The notes under the pieces are model-generated. The model did not search any database. It saw nothing but the letters and a program-made list of their open reading frames with translations, and had not been told where the DNA came from. A stretch of DNA of 64,000 nt from Saprolegnia diclina VS20 (taxonomy: Eukaryota), in the NCBI RefSeq assembly GCF_000281045.1, contig NW_008246096.1, positions 464,497-528,496 of the forward strand, given 5' to 3'. This document shows positions 11,658-22,890 of the stretch, one piece after another; the stretch's first letter is position 1; each line of letters opens with the position of its first letter. The translations under genes were made by a program, and so were the position numbers.

Positions 11658-12386
11658 GTCTCGCAGCTTAGAAGCTTCCATGGCGAGCTACATGCATCGT
11701 CGCCATGAGGTCGATCGGCGTCGCCCGTAGTCCTCGTCATACCGTCACCTTGTTGCGCAGCATCGTTTAAGTCCACGGGTTTGCACCGCAAATCTGGAAA
11801 TGGCGCTCGTGGATTGGTAGTAAAGACCGGATATCTTTTTGATTTCAACCAATCATGTGCGGCGAATTGCCTCGGCACATCAAATGGGATCTTGCAGTGA
11901 AAACCATCGTGGTCAACGGACAGCTAGAGCATGTATTTCCTCAAGCAGCTCCGTCGCCAGCAGTAGCGCTGCACGCAGCCAAAACCGGTGCTAGTCGAGT
12001 GACTAAACGACCTCGATGGTGTGGCATCAAGTGCAAGGTCGACCAGCTGGTCCTCGTGTGACCTGCTTTTGGCACCTTGATTGGATAAAAAGATTGTATT
12101 CTGCTGATACCATTGGTCTAATGAAAAAAGGAAGATTGGGGCTCCTTGGAGCTTTCCACCGCAAAATCCACGGCTCCTCAATAGTGTAGTCGCGATGCTG
12201 AAGCACCAAGTGCACGCGCTTTAGTGTTCTAGCTCGAGGAATGCGTGGTGGCCACCATTGCCTCGGTTTCTCGAATAGCCCATCGCTATGTGTAATTGGA
12301 TAAATTACACTGTAATAAGGCATTACAATTGGTCAGCTACAAGATTTCGAGGCCGGGCAGCGATTGGTTAAAACTCTTGCATTTTC

Positions 12387-13364
12387 ATGCAGCACCTTCG
12401 AGGTCGAGCGCTCGGCGCGGCTGCGCTCCTCACGCTGCAGACGTCGCAGTCTGTGTGCGAGCCTGCGCCCTTGCCCAAGTTTGTCGACAAAAAAGATATT
12501 GCAGTCCACGTGGCCGCGCCCAAGGCGTCGGGCTGGCTACCATCTTTCTCGGGTCTCTGGAGTTACTACTGGCCCAGCGCCGACGATGCCCACTTTGCAA
12601 AGTACGGGCCATCCAGCGACCAAGTTGGCTTGATGTCGTGGCCGACGCTGCAAGACGGTTTGAAAAAGCGTGCGGACGACGAGGTCGCCCTCCGCGCCTT
12701 GACCAACGAAGCGATCGCCGCCGCCAAGGCCAACGACGTGGCGAAGATGAATGCGCTCCGTGCGCGAATCACGGTGATTGCGTACGGCGACGGCGTTACG
12801 CCCGAGGCCCGCCAGGCGCACTTGGAAAAGTATGGCTGCGTCATGTACACGGATGCAGCGCTAGATGCGATCGCGACGGCGGCGCGTCACACGCGCGGCA
12901 TCCTCGAGCTCGGGGCCGGCAATGGCCAGTGGGCCAAGCAGCTCCGCGCCGGGAGAGGCCTCGACGTCCTCGCTTTTGACAACATGGCCGCGCTGCCGTT
13001 GAACCCCGCGTTCTTCCGCAACACGACGCTCAACATGGAGTTTTGCGCCGCCGACGTCATGAAGGGCGACGCCAGCATCTTCACTTCGGCGCTGGCACCC
13101 AAGCTTGCCGGCCGCGCGCTCCTCATTGTGTTTCCGGACCCGGGGCCCATGGCGCGGCGGTGCGTCGAGGCGTACACCAAGAGCAGCGACGAGAACACCG
13201 TGTTTATCTACGTGGGCGAAGGCCGGGGCGGCGCCAATGGCGACGACGCCTTCTTTGACGTGCTCGAGCGGGACTGGGTGCTGCAGCAGTCGATGGGTCT
13301 CCCGTCCTTCTCCAAGAAAGGCTACGAGCGTCTCTTTGTCTTTACAAAGCGAGCGCCCAAATAG
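12387..13364 (+). CDS. Putative class I SAM-dependent methyltransferase-like protein
   Basis: Intronless 325 aa ORF; ILELGAGNGQWA (motif I-like), VLAFDN, FIYVGEGRGG. Confidence 0.7.
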   Translation: MQHLRGRALGAAALLTLQTSQSVCEPAPLPKFVDKKDIAVHVAAPKASGWLPSFSGLWSYYWPSADDAHFAKYGPSSDQVGLMSWPTLQDGLKKRADDEVALRALTNEAIAAAKANDVAKMNALRARITVIAYGDGVTPEARQAHLEKYGCVMYTDAALDAIATAARHTRGILELGAGNGQWAKQLRAGRGLDVLAFDNMAALPLNPAFFRNTTLNMEFCAADVMKGDASIFTSALAPKLAGRALLIVFPDPGPMARRCVEAYTKSSDENTVFIYVGEGRGGANGDDAFFDVLERDWVLQQSMGLPSFSKKGYERLFVFTKRAPK

Positions 13365-13488
13365 CTTGCTTTGTACTCGGAGCCTAACACAATATCTTCT
13401 CTCTCATCGCCATGGCACTCGGACGCGCGATCCAGCTGCGACGAGCCTTAACCCTTGAACAAGACCCAATATGTCTTTTGCAAGAGAA

Positions 13489-14902
13489 TTAGAAATGGCG
13501 CTCGTACAACAAGTACTTGTCCTTGGAGATCGCACCGCCAGCCGCATGGAGCCATGTTGTGATACGCTCCGTCGTCTCGTTCATGGTGAACTCGATCACG
13601 CGCGCCCGACGAAGAAGGCCTCGTGAGCCATACGCCTCCCCTAGCCGTCGATCAGGCCCAACGGAAACGAGCGCTGCACTCAATACCGTAGCCGACACAA
13701 CCGCCGTAGCAATGCTGAATGCCTTGACGAGCAACGCAGTAGTCGTTGAGATGGTCATGGCCCACAAACGTTGCCTTGACATCGCCCACTACCACATGCA
13801 ATATGCGTCATCCACGCCATCAACATCCGTGGATGCGGCTTCGTACTTGCCACCAGCGTCTCGAGGAGGCCAGACGGAGGACCATGCGAGACGCCCTCGC
13901 CTTGGTGGCCGTGGGGCACAACCTCGCCCGCGTGCAGGACGTAGTCGGGCGACGGAATGTGGTAAAACAAAAGACCTGGCGCGTTGTCGGCGGCAATGTC
14001 GGCCGACATGTTGCGCAAAAGCGACTTTTGGCCGGCGGAAATGGCACCCGAGACGCCCGTATCGAGAAAGTAGAGCGCCAAATCGATCTTTTTGGTCGCG
14101 GCATTGATGGCCACGATCTGGTAGTTGCCGACGCCGCCCACGTCGTCCGGTCCCGCCATTGAAAGCGCGTGCGGTTTGGCCATGATGTACTCGATCATGG
14201 CCTTGCGCGAGAAGGACGCCTACGCAGCGTCGCCATGACGAGACGACTAGCAACGCGAGTGGCGTACGCCTTCGTCGTGGTTGCCAAACACCATGGACCA
14301 CGGCAGGCGACGCGAGATGGCGGCGTCCACGTACGTGTCGATGGCCTTCTTGGCCTCGTCCGCCGTCTATGTTGCATGAGAAGACACATCATGACCTATC
14401 GAAGGTCGTACGCGCTTGACGGCAAGGGCTTCGATTTGGTCGCCTGTAAAGATGACGAGGTGCGGCTTCTCGGCGTCAATGAGCTCGCCAATGAAGGCCG
14501 TCATGTTGCTTTCCGAACATGGCTCGTGCGGCGGGTCCCGGCAATGGTAGTCGGGTCGGCCAATGTAGTGCATATCGGGTACTTGAAGGATCTTGATGGC
14601 CAAGCCGCCGCCGTTTGCGCTTGGCACCGAGAGCACCGCGCGCGGGACAGTCGCCGTGGCTGGCTGTACCACCACGTCGTACGAGAGACTCATCTTGACC
14701 TCGTCAACGGAGAACGCGAGCCGGTCCTGGACGGTGGCGACCATCGCCACGACGACGAGGCAGAGCGCACCAAACGCGAGCCGCCAGCGCGGCTGGACCT
14801 CGCGATCTACTTCTTCATAAGCTTCGTTGGGCATGCACATATAGGGCTACCAAGGTGCGAGTCGCCGGGCATGTCGGTCATGGGCGCATACGCATGCAGC
14901 AT
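13489..14902 (-). CDS. Calcineurin-like metallophosphoesterase (DCR2 / PAP14-28-29-like), multi-exon, N-terminal TM
   Basis: Motifs KILQVPDMHY, IFTGDQI, VFGNHDE, FYHIP, FVGHDH in successive exons; start codon uncertain (14902 or 14834). Confidence 0.85.
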
Positions 14903-15182
14903 CCTCAGATCTTCGTCGTCAGCGCTGCAGGATCGCAAATTGGATCGAAGAGTCTGACATCCGCTCGCGAAGTGACGTGCTGTGATTGGCCATAATGTAT
15001 TTGGGGAGCGATGCTGATTGGTTCGTTTTAGAAAGGCGGCGTGAGATCTTCTTCAACGCAAGACCTCCAACTCTTCCGGGCAAGGAGCCGCGCCCCGCAG
15101 CTGCAAAGGCTCTTGGCTTCAAGGAAACTGGCTCGTAGCTTATAATAGTATGCGTTATAACACTCGGCGGCGATGGGGATTC

Positions 15183-16252
15183 TTATGGCTGCGCGTGCAG
15201 GTGCTGGAGGTACTTCTGGAGGTGGGCAATATACTCGGCACGGCATTCCCGGGTCTCGCCAATGTCGTTGTGGCCGCGGTGCGGCACCCAATGCGGCTCA
15301 TACTTGCAGTGGTCTGGCAGCGCTTCGTACAGACCTTTCCCGTGCGAGACGCTAATCTCGACGTCGTCTTCGCCGTGGATGATGAGCGTCGAGCACTGCA
15401 CCCGCTTGATGCGGTCAATGTTGGGAAACGTATCGAGGCATCCGAGCGCGCGGCTGCTCACCAGCCATGAAGCCATGCAAAACAGAGCGACCTTACCTCG
15501 GTGTGAGGACGCGCATGCCGCTGAGAAGCCCGCTGTGCACGACGAGGCCGCGGATCTTGAGCTCTTTCGCTGCCAAGTAGATGCTGGGACCGCTGCCGAC
15601 TGCAAAACGCACGTCACAAACGAGACAAGAAACACGAAGACGCACCGCTCTGGCCGTACAAGACGATCTTGTGGGCTGGATACCCGAGGTGCGTGACGCA
15701 AAAGTCGAACACCGCTGTAATGTCCGTGTAGGTATTGGCCTCGGTGGGACGGCCCGTCGCCGCGCCGTAGCCCGAGTAGTCGTATGCAACAACGTTCACC
15801 GCGAGCTCCTACGCTCCGCGTCAGCTCAGTCGATGGTTGACAGAGAGGCTTCGCACCCGAGAGAGCGCAATGTAGCGCGAGTACATGGCGCCGCAGTCTG
15901 TCGCGTTGCCGTGGCTAAAGATGACCGTGAATTCGGCCTCGGGATACCGAAACACAAAGCCTAGTAGCGCATGACCCGTGCAGCAATTGATATACGCGCG
16001 CTACGTACATGGCACTTCGTTGCCGGGGCGCGTGGGCACCATGAAGACGCGGGCGGCCGCAACGAGGCGCGCGTGGGCGGCCACAAAGTGCGTGACGTTG
16101 TAGAGCGGGTAGGCCTCCTTGGCCGTCGCCGCGTCCTTCTCCAGCGTGTACGTCGGCAGCGGCGGGTAGAAGGTCAGCGCGGCCGCGACCGTCGCCGACG
16201 AGAACCCGCTGCGGACCCATAGCACAAAGAGCGTGCCTGCGACGCCGCCCAT
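15183..16252 (-). CDS. ABHD17-like alpha/beta hydrolase, multi-exon
   Basis: LTFYPP, SHGNATD, YDYSGYG, YGQSVGSGP nucleophile elbow (spliced), IIHGEDD, GHND. Confidence 0.88.
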
Positions 16253-16681
16253 CGAGCACTAGATGGATAGATAGCAGTTGGCCAACTGCTTTCCGGATAC
16301 GCGTCACGCCGGATACGGCATGTTCGATTTCAAACCAAATTGGCGGCGTGCCACGTCATTTGGCGGGAAGCGAGAGCACTCGTGCCTTGTCGCCGACGCT
16401 CGGCGCATCGAACAAGAGAGACCACGGTGTTGGATGGCTCGTCGCTGGACGCTGGATGCACAAGCCATTTCTATCTCAGTTCTTAGAGCTGGCACATCCT
16501 GTCATAGCACAATGCCCACTGTTGTGACAACGTCGTCCAGCGCTGAGAAGGACAAAACGAAGGCAAAGGATAAAGTCCCTTTATAGTATTTCTACGCTGA
16601 GAGCCGTCGGTCATCCCGCGTCTTTTTTAGGACGCATCGGTTTCAAATCACAACTTATTGCTCCTCGCGCCATTTCGCGCC

Positions 16682-18860
16682 ATGAGCGGGATGTTTGCCA
16701 ATCTCTTTGGCTCCATGTCGCTGCGGAAGCTCACGTCGGGCGCGTCCATGCGTTCGAAAAGCTCCATCGCTCCGGCAACCACGTCCCGTCGAAAGGTCTC
16801 GGTGCGCGAGCGCTTCTCGCCGGCGCCGAGTGCCCGCAGCAGCGTGGCTGACCCTCCCAAGCCCGCGTCGCTCGTCATCTACTATGGGTCGCAGACCGGG
16901 CGCGGCGAGGCGTTTGCGAACCGGCTCGTTGCCGCCGCGCGCCGTGTCGGGTATGCGGCCGACATGAAAGACTTGTATAAATTTGATCCGGACGACTTTG
17001 TGAACGAAGCCTACGTGATCTTCATCCTCTCGGCGTACATGGACGGCGGCGCGACCGACAACGCTGCGCACTTCAATTTTTGGATCAACCACCAAGTGGA
17101 TGCGAAAGCCGCGCGCCTCTTGCCCGACCAGCAGTACGCAGTGTTTGCGAGCGGCGACAGCGTCTACGGCGACAACTTTAACCTCTTTGGTATCGCGATT
17201 GACGCCAAGCTCTCGCTGCTCGGGAGCCGGCGACTGCTCGAGTGCACGCTCGGTGACGCCAGCAACAACCTCGATACGACGTACGCCGACTGGGAAGTAC
17301 GGCTATTTCGTATCCTCAGCGAGAGCGCGAGCATCTTGACGCCGCTCGACACCGTCACCTCGACGCGATCGAGCAAGCGCCACGCGCTCGCCTTGGAGCC
17401 GCTACGCTTTAGCACGATCGAAGTGCCGCCACCCCACGCCGTGGACTTTGCCATGCGTCTCCAAAAGCAAAACAAGCTCCCGAACCTCGTGGCTCAAAAC
17501 AGCCACTTTTTCGATCCGCTGCCATTGGTCTTTGGCAGCGTGAGCGACGTCGTCGAGGCTTCGTTGCTGCATTTGGAGCTCAAGGTGAACCCGCTCTTGG
17601 ACAAATGGACGTGCCGGACCGGCGACACTCTCGTGCTGTATATGGAAAACACGTATGAGACCGCCCAAGCGCTCGCCAACACGCTCAATTTCAAGCTGTT
17701 GCAGTGGATCCAAGCCGTGCCGGTGACCGGCGTGCCCTTCAAGCACCCGTTTCCGACGCCATGTACGGTTCTGGACGTGCTCACCAAGTATTACGAGTGC
17801 GCTACGGTACGACATGGGCCAAACCTGCGTTCGAATCGCACCCATGCGCATTAGGTCTCCCAGTGCGTGATCGCTGCGTTGGCGCCATATGTCGTCAATT
17901 TGACAGAGCGAGAGCTCTTTGAGGTGCTGGCCTCGGACAAGGAGGCATTTGAGGCCCGCGTCGTGTCGCCCAAGGTACGTTGAACGAGCGGCGATATTCA
18001 CTAATGATGCGTCGTAGCTGAGCCTCTACGGCCTCTTGCTCCTGTGCCCTAGCATCGTCCTCTCACTCGACATCTTCTTGCACGTGATCCCGAGCATGCA
18101 GCCGCGGTACCTCACCGTCATGTCGTTCCACGAAGCGACGGTCGGGCTCTACCTCGACGTGCCGCCGACACCCGACGACATATCTTCGTTGGAGACACAC
18201 AGTGGCGCGCTCCACGCGTACTTTAATGCACTTGCCGCCAAGAAGGAGCGCGCCGTGCGACTCGCCAAGGCCGCCAAGCACAGTCTCATGGCGACCGTCG
18301 ATGCCTCGCAGTATCTGCTACAAGCTCTGATGCTGCCGGCGCGCTTCGCCGGCGGCGACCGAACACAGCCGCTGGTGCTGATTGCTGCCAACTCGGGACT
18401 GCAGCCCATTTTGACGCTGCTGCGCGAACGACTTGTACGTAGCACCGACTGGAGTCTTCATACTAAGCGATGGCTGTAGCGTCCGCCAGCCGCGACCGGC
18501 CACCACAGCCTCTTTTACAACTGCAAGAACCAGGACTTTCTGCCATACATCAACGAGGTCGAGGGCTGGACGGACGACATTGGCCTCACGCTCGTGGTGG
18601 CGAGCCCGCCAGAAATCAAGGCGACGTCATTCGAGACGCTTAGCGACGCGCTCCGCGCCCACATGTTGATGGTGCTCGAAAGCGTCGACCAACAGCAAGG
18701 ACGCGTCTACGTCTGCGGCAAGACGAGCTTTCTCGATGACATTCGGCAAACGCTGCTCGTTGGGAAGCGCATGCAGCTCCAGCGCGACGACGGGTCGGCC
18801 GAGGCGTGGTTCGCCGAGCTGCTCGAGCAAGACCGATACGTCGAGAGCACGCGAGGCTGA
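16682..18860 (+). CDS. Divergent diflavin reductase (flavodoxin + FAD + NADP-binding; CPR/NDOR1-like), 4 exons
   Basis: IYYGSQTGRGEAFA, YAVFASGDSVY, PFPTPCTV, QPRYLT, LVLIAANSGLQP, RVYVCGK; start uncertain (possible upstream exon near 16512). Confidence 0.8.
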
Positions 18861-18890
18861 TCGTCTATTCAATATAGTGAATCGTCGTGT

Positions 18891-19129
18891 CTACAGCGCC
18901 GCATTGCTTTTCGCGGCCTCCTCTTGCTGCTTGCGCAGCCGGTCGCGGCGAATGTCGCGGAGGACCCCTTCGCGCATCTCCTAGCCCATCGATGAGGTGC
19001 TGGCATGCGAAGCGGCAGGAACGCTACCTTCTTCTCGCGGACCTGCACGTCGTGGACGTAGTAGATGGTACCGAGGACGCCGGCAACGACGGCTGTCGTG
19101 ACCGCCACCGGCAGCGATGGGCGACGCAT
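18891..19129 (-). CDS. PET117: PET117 cytochrome c oxidase assembly factor (63 aa, 2 exons)
   Basis: TM + TIYYVHDVQVREKK|EMREGVLRDIRR after removing intron 18981-19027. Confidence 0.8.
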
Positions 19130-19470
19130 GGTTCTATCGTCGGGTTTTGGGCAAGTCCGAAAATGCATCGGATTTTCGACCAATCATCTCGCTGACTGCG
19201 CTTGGCGGGACCGTTCTCCAACGTCTCAATCAGGCCGGCTTGGGGAAGGAAAACTCACCGTCGACAAAGCCCGAGCAGCCATACTGGTACGCTTCGAGCG
19301 AGCGACGCTTGCGCTTGGACCTGGCGCCTTGTGCTAGGTGCCGAGCTTTTTGCTGGTCCATGCCGCAAGCAGCGACGAAAGCTGCCATGTCCATTGCGCT
19401 GGTAGGTCCGTTCGAAGGTCATGTGAAGAGTCGTCTCTAGCTCCTTGCTCGGGAATCCAATACTGTCGAT

Positions 19471-19513
19471 GTAGTAGTAGTAGTAGTAGTAGTAAGTAGG
19501 TAGTAGTGTAGTA
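19471..19513. repeat. (GTA)n microsatellite: 8 perfect units plus degenerate tail
   Basis: gtagtagtagtagtagtagtagta read directly at 19471-19494. Confidence 0.95.
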
Positions 19514-19537
19514 TATTAGCTCGTACAGGGTGGGTGT

Positions 19538-20032
19538 CTAATTCTTGGGCTTGGTCGCGTGCTCGTTGTTGTGCACGACAGTGTTTTGCAAATGCATCTG
19601 AATGGCCGCAAACGGGTTGGACTGGAACGCCGGGTGCGTCTGGACGGCCTTGAGATGGCCGAGCTCCTGCATCGCCAGGCGCTTCTTCTGCTTCCCAGTC
19701 ATCTGCGAGACTGTCTTTGGCGCGGCCTCGACGACTTTGACGGCGGCCGGCGCCTCCGAGAAGAGCGACTTTTGCAGCTCTTCGAGGTCACCAAACATGC
19801 CGTCCGTCTCCTTCTTGGCCGCCTTTTCCTTCTCGGCCACCGTGCGCTGCACCATGCCCATCTTCTTGAGGAACGCGTCACGGCGCTTCTGGCGCTTGCG
19901 CTGACCGCGGCTCAAGTGCGCTTCGCCGACCTCGGGCTCACCGGCGTCGGACGCAGCGTCATCGTCCTTGGTGGCGGCGACAGCTGCCGGCTGATGCACG
20001 CGGTACGTCTTGGTGCGGCGAACCTTGCCCAT
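19538..20032 (-). CDS. SLX9: Ribosome biogenesis protein SLX9/FAM207A-like
   Basis: MGKVRR start; LSRGQRKRQKRRDAFLKK; C-terminal VQTHPAFQSNPFAAIQMHLQNT. Confidence 0.8.
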   Translation of the reverse strand: MGKVRRTKTYRVHQPAAVAATKDDDAASDAGEPEVGEAHLSRGQRKRQKRRDAFLKKMGMVQRTVAEKEKAAKKETDGMFGDLEELQKSLFSEAPAAVKVVEAAPKTVSQMTGKQKKRLAMQELGHLKAVQTHPAFQSNPFAAIQMHLQNTVVHNNEHATKPKN

Positions 20033-21092
20033 GCTCGAGATGTGAAATGATCCGAGTTTTGTCCTTTGGCCACCAACCAGATCCAAGTCCGGATACGGAG
20101 ACTGGCCGAGCTTGACACGCAAACAATTCGCTTATTCAAGTTCAGTCCCACCTCGGTGCGGCATCCTCGCCTTGCCGTCAACGCGTCGACTTGTTGAAGC
20201 CGCGGCTTCAATCCGCCATACACTAGCATCTACCCAACCATCATAAAGGGCCCATGACGCTTCATTTTGCATCGAGATGAGTCCTGAAGCTCGTCGAGGC
20301 ATAAAGAAGCCGACGTAGTGGATGACGCCACTGGACCGATGGCTCTCGAACAACACGCCATCGTCGATGGCGTCGACATCCCTTGTGCTACACCGTCGTC
20401 GACGTCGCTTACTCGACCTGTCCAATCTCGTGGCAGAGTGGGATGCAAAGTCTTCCTCGAAACCACGCGGCCTTCGTCGTAAGAAGGGACCGCCGTGCAG
20501 ACACTCGACACCGAGCGCTTATAACAGTCCACTTAGATCTGGTCCCGCTTGTCACATGCCCGTAGCGCGACCCTCCTCAGGCGAGGGCGGTATTTTTGCA
20601 ACAACCACTCGAAGCGTACCGTATTTCGGGCAGTGGCGCCAGCCGCGACACGTCAGCGACTCTCTCTCATCAGCACCACGATCGACGCCTGGAGCCTTCG
20701 TAATACACAGCCTTCTTGTCTTGCAGGACGCTTCAAAGCGCCAACCAACCGCCCATCTTGGTCGAGCCGGCTGCGAGATCTTATTGCATGATCGGCGCGG
20801 GTGGCATGTGGTCAGCAGTGACAGGATCGGCAGAGGGCGCGCATTACTTCTTAAGGTAGTTACGCTGCCACCTCAGCGACGCCAGCGATTATCCGGATAC
20901 GGACGGCAGCCGCGGTGTTTTTTTATTCCAAGTATATAGTGTCTTTGTATGGAGAATAAAAAGGTGGCATTAAATTTCATTGTATACCTGCGGGCTGAAA
21001 CAGCTGCGAGAAGCACGCTACCTGCTGCATTTGCCTTCGTGCCCACGTGAGCGCAGTTTGCTGCTGGCCTCGACGAAGCGTCTGCAGAGGTG

Positions 21093-22460
21093 ATGGCCAA
21101 GAAGAACGCGTCCAAGGAAGGGATCCGCCTCGCCGAGGAAGGCGACTGGGCGCAGCTGCTCACGTGCCTCCTGGCCAAGCCCGCGATCGCCCAGCAGCGC
21201 GACCACTATGGCATGCTGCCGCTGCACTGGGCGTGCACCGAGAACGATGTGCCCATCAACGTCCTCCTCGCGCTCATTGAAGCGTACCCGGACGCCGCCA
21301 TGGCCAAGAACGACGCGCAGATGCTGCCGCTGCACGTCGCAATTCGCTCGAACGTCGGCCCATCCGCGCTGTCGATTCTATGCGCTGCGTCGCCCGACTC
21401 GATCTGGACCAAGCTGCCCGATGGCCTTCGCCCGCTCGCGATGGCCACGATGAGCGGCCTCGACCAAGAGTCGCTTGGCGTCCTTCAAAAGGCCGAGGAG
21501 CAGTACCGCTGGACGCACCCCGACGTCGAAGACGATGACGACGACGCGGCGCAGTACGAAGAGACGAAGCGGGACCTCCTTCGCCAGTCGCAGCTCATGC
21601 GCGACAGCTTACGCGATAGCCAGCTCTTCAACTCGATCGTGCTGGACCACAAGCACAGCTGCGAGAGCAGTCCCATGGGCATCGAAGAAGTCGAGGAAGA
21701 ATCCTCGTCCAACGAACTCGCCGACGTGACCAAGCGCACGTCGTCGGCGTCGTCGGCGTCGTCCGCTCGCCACAGCAGCGGCGGCTGCCACGTGTGCCAC
21801 AAGTCCTTCTCGGTCTTCCGCAAAAAGTATGTGTGCTGCAGCTGCCACGTCTGCGTCTGCAAGCACCACATTGCGGGTCGCCGCTTCGGGTCCGAGTCGA
21901 GCAAGGCGGTCCTCTGCGCCGACTGCGTCGGGAAGGACCAGCCGCAGGCCGAGCCGACGCCCGAGCGCCGGCTCCAAACCCAGCGCAGTAGCACCTTTCT
22001 CTCGTCACCAGAAGCCGCTTCGACTCCGCCCAAGCCGCGCAACTACTCGTCCGAGGCGCCGACGCCGCCACCGTCCATGCGGCGTCGCAGCGCCAGCTCC
22101 CGTGGCGAGATGGAAGCGATGGACAAGGACATTCTGATGCGGCGCATCATTGGCGCACGCGGGAGTGGCAGCGACACGGCCAGCTGTACCGGCAGCGAGC
22201 AAGAACCGTCGGACGTCTCGGCGCTCTCGCTCCAAGTGCGGCTTTTGGAAGCCCGGAACGCGTCGCTCGAGCTGCGCGTGTTTGAACAAGAGAAGCAGCA
22301 CAACGAAGCCATGTTGCTTCTGACACAAACCATGACGCGCCTCGCGGAGCTCGAGATGAAGCTGAGCATGCAGCCGTCGTCCGGCAACAGCTTTAGCTCG
22401 GTCGAGAACGGGGTCCTGGACTTCCACAACCCATTCACGGAGCACTTTTCGAGCTCGTAG
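21093..22460 (+). CDS. Ankyrin-repeat + FYVE-like zinc finger + C-terminal coiled-coil protein
   Basis: YGMLPLHWAC and AQMLPLHVAI ankyrin motifs; CHVCHKSFSVFRKKYVCCSCHVCVCKHH...VLCADC. Confidence 0.85.
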   Translation: MAKKNASKEGIRLAEEGDWAQLLTCLLAKPAIAQQRDHYGMLPLHWACTENDVPINVLLALIEAYPDAAMAKNDAQMLPLHVAIRSNVGPSALSILCAASPDSIWTKLPDGLRPLAMATMSGLDQESLGVLQKAEEQYRWTHPDVEDDDDDAAQYEETKRDLLRQSQLMRDSLRDSQLFNSIVLDHKHSCESSPMGIEEVEEESSSNELADVTKRTSSASSASSARHSSGGCHVCHKSFSVFRKKYVCCSCHVCVCKHHIAGRRFGSESSKAVLCADCVGKDQPQAEPTPERRLQTQRSSTFLSSPEAASTPPKPRNYSSEAPTPPPSMRRRSASSRGEMEAMDKDILMRRIIGARGSGSDTASCTGSEQEPSDVSALSLQVRLLEARNASLELRVFEQEKQHNEAMLLLTQTMTRLAELEMKLSMQPSSGNSFSSVENGVLDFHNPFTEHFSSS

Positions 22461-22782
22461 GAGTAATTTATTAGCCGTCATCGTCATCGTCCTCGAGTAA
22501 TCTACCATGCCATTCTTCTGTCCACCGTGTTTGCCTTCGAGCTAAAGACAACATCTCCAACAAGGACACCAATCTCTAGCTCGTTCAGTCGTCATCCATA
22601 CGCGTCCCGTTGAATCAGAGGACAACTTGACCATATACCCTGATATACTACACTACCCTTTCATGTCCTCGGCGACGTCCGACATTGGATATATGCAAGT
22701 CGAGTTCAATCAAGATGCTGTTGTTGCCAGGCAAGGACTCTCGCAGGTCCGTGACGTGGTGTGCTCGCCAGCGAGAGCTTTG

Positions 22783-22860
22783 AGAGTGAGCTCCGACCAC
22801 CTGAGGTGCGCTCTGACCACCTAGAGTGAGCTCCAACCAATTGAAGTGAGCTCCAGCGCA
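22783..22860. repeat. Minisatellite, 4 x 20-bp imperfect units
   Basis: agagtgagctccgaccacct / gaggtgcgctctgaccacct / agagtgagctccaaccaatt / gaagtgagctccagcgca. Confidence 0.85.
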
Positions 22861-22890
22861 TGCAGTTTATATATACAAATGAGGTTACAA

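Noticed and set aside
22783..22860. CRISPR-like reading of the 20-bp repeats
   Set aside because: The units are contiguous without spacers, the context is eukaryotic, and there are no cas genes.
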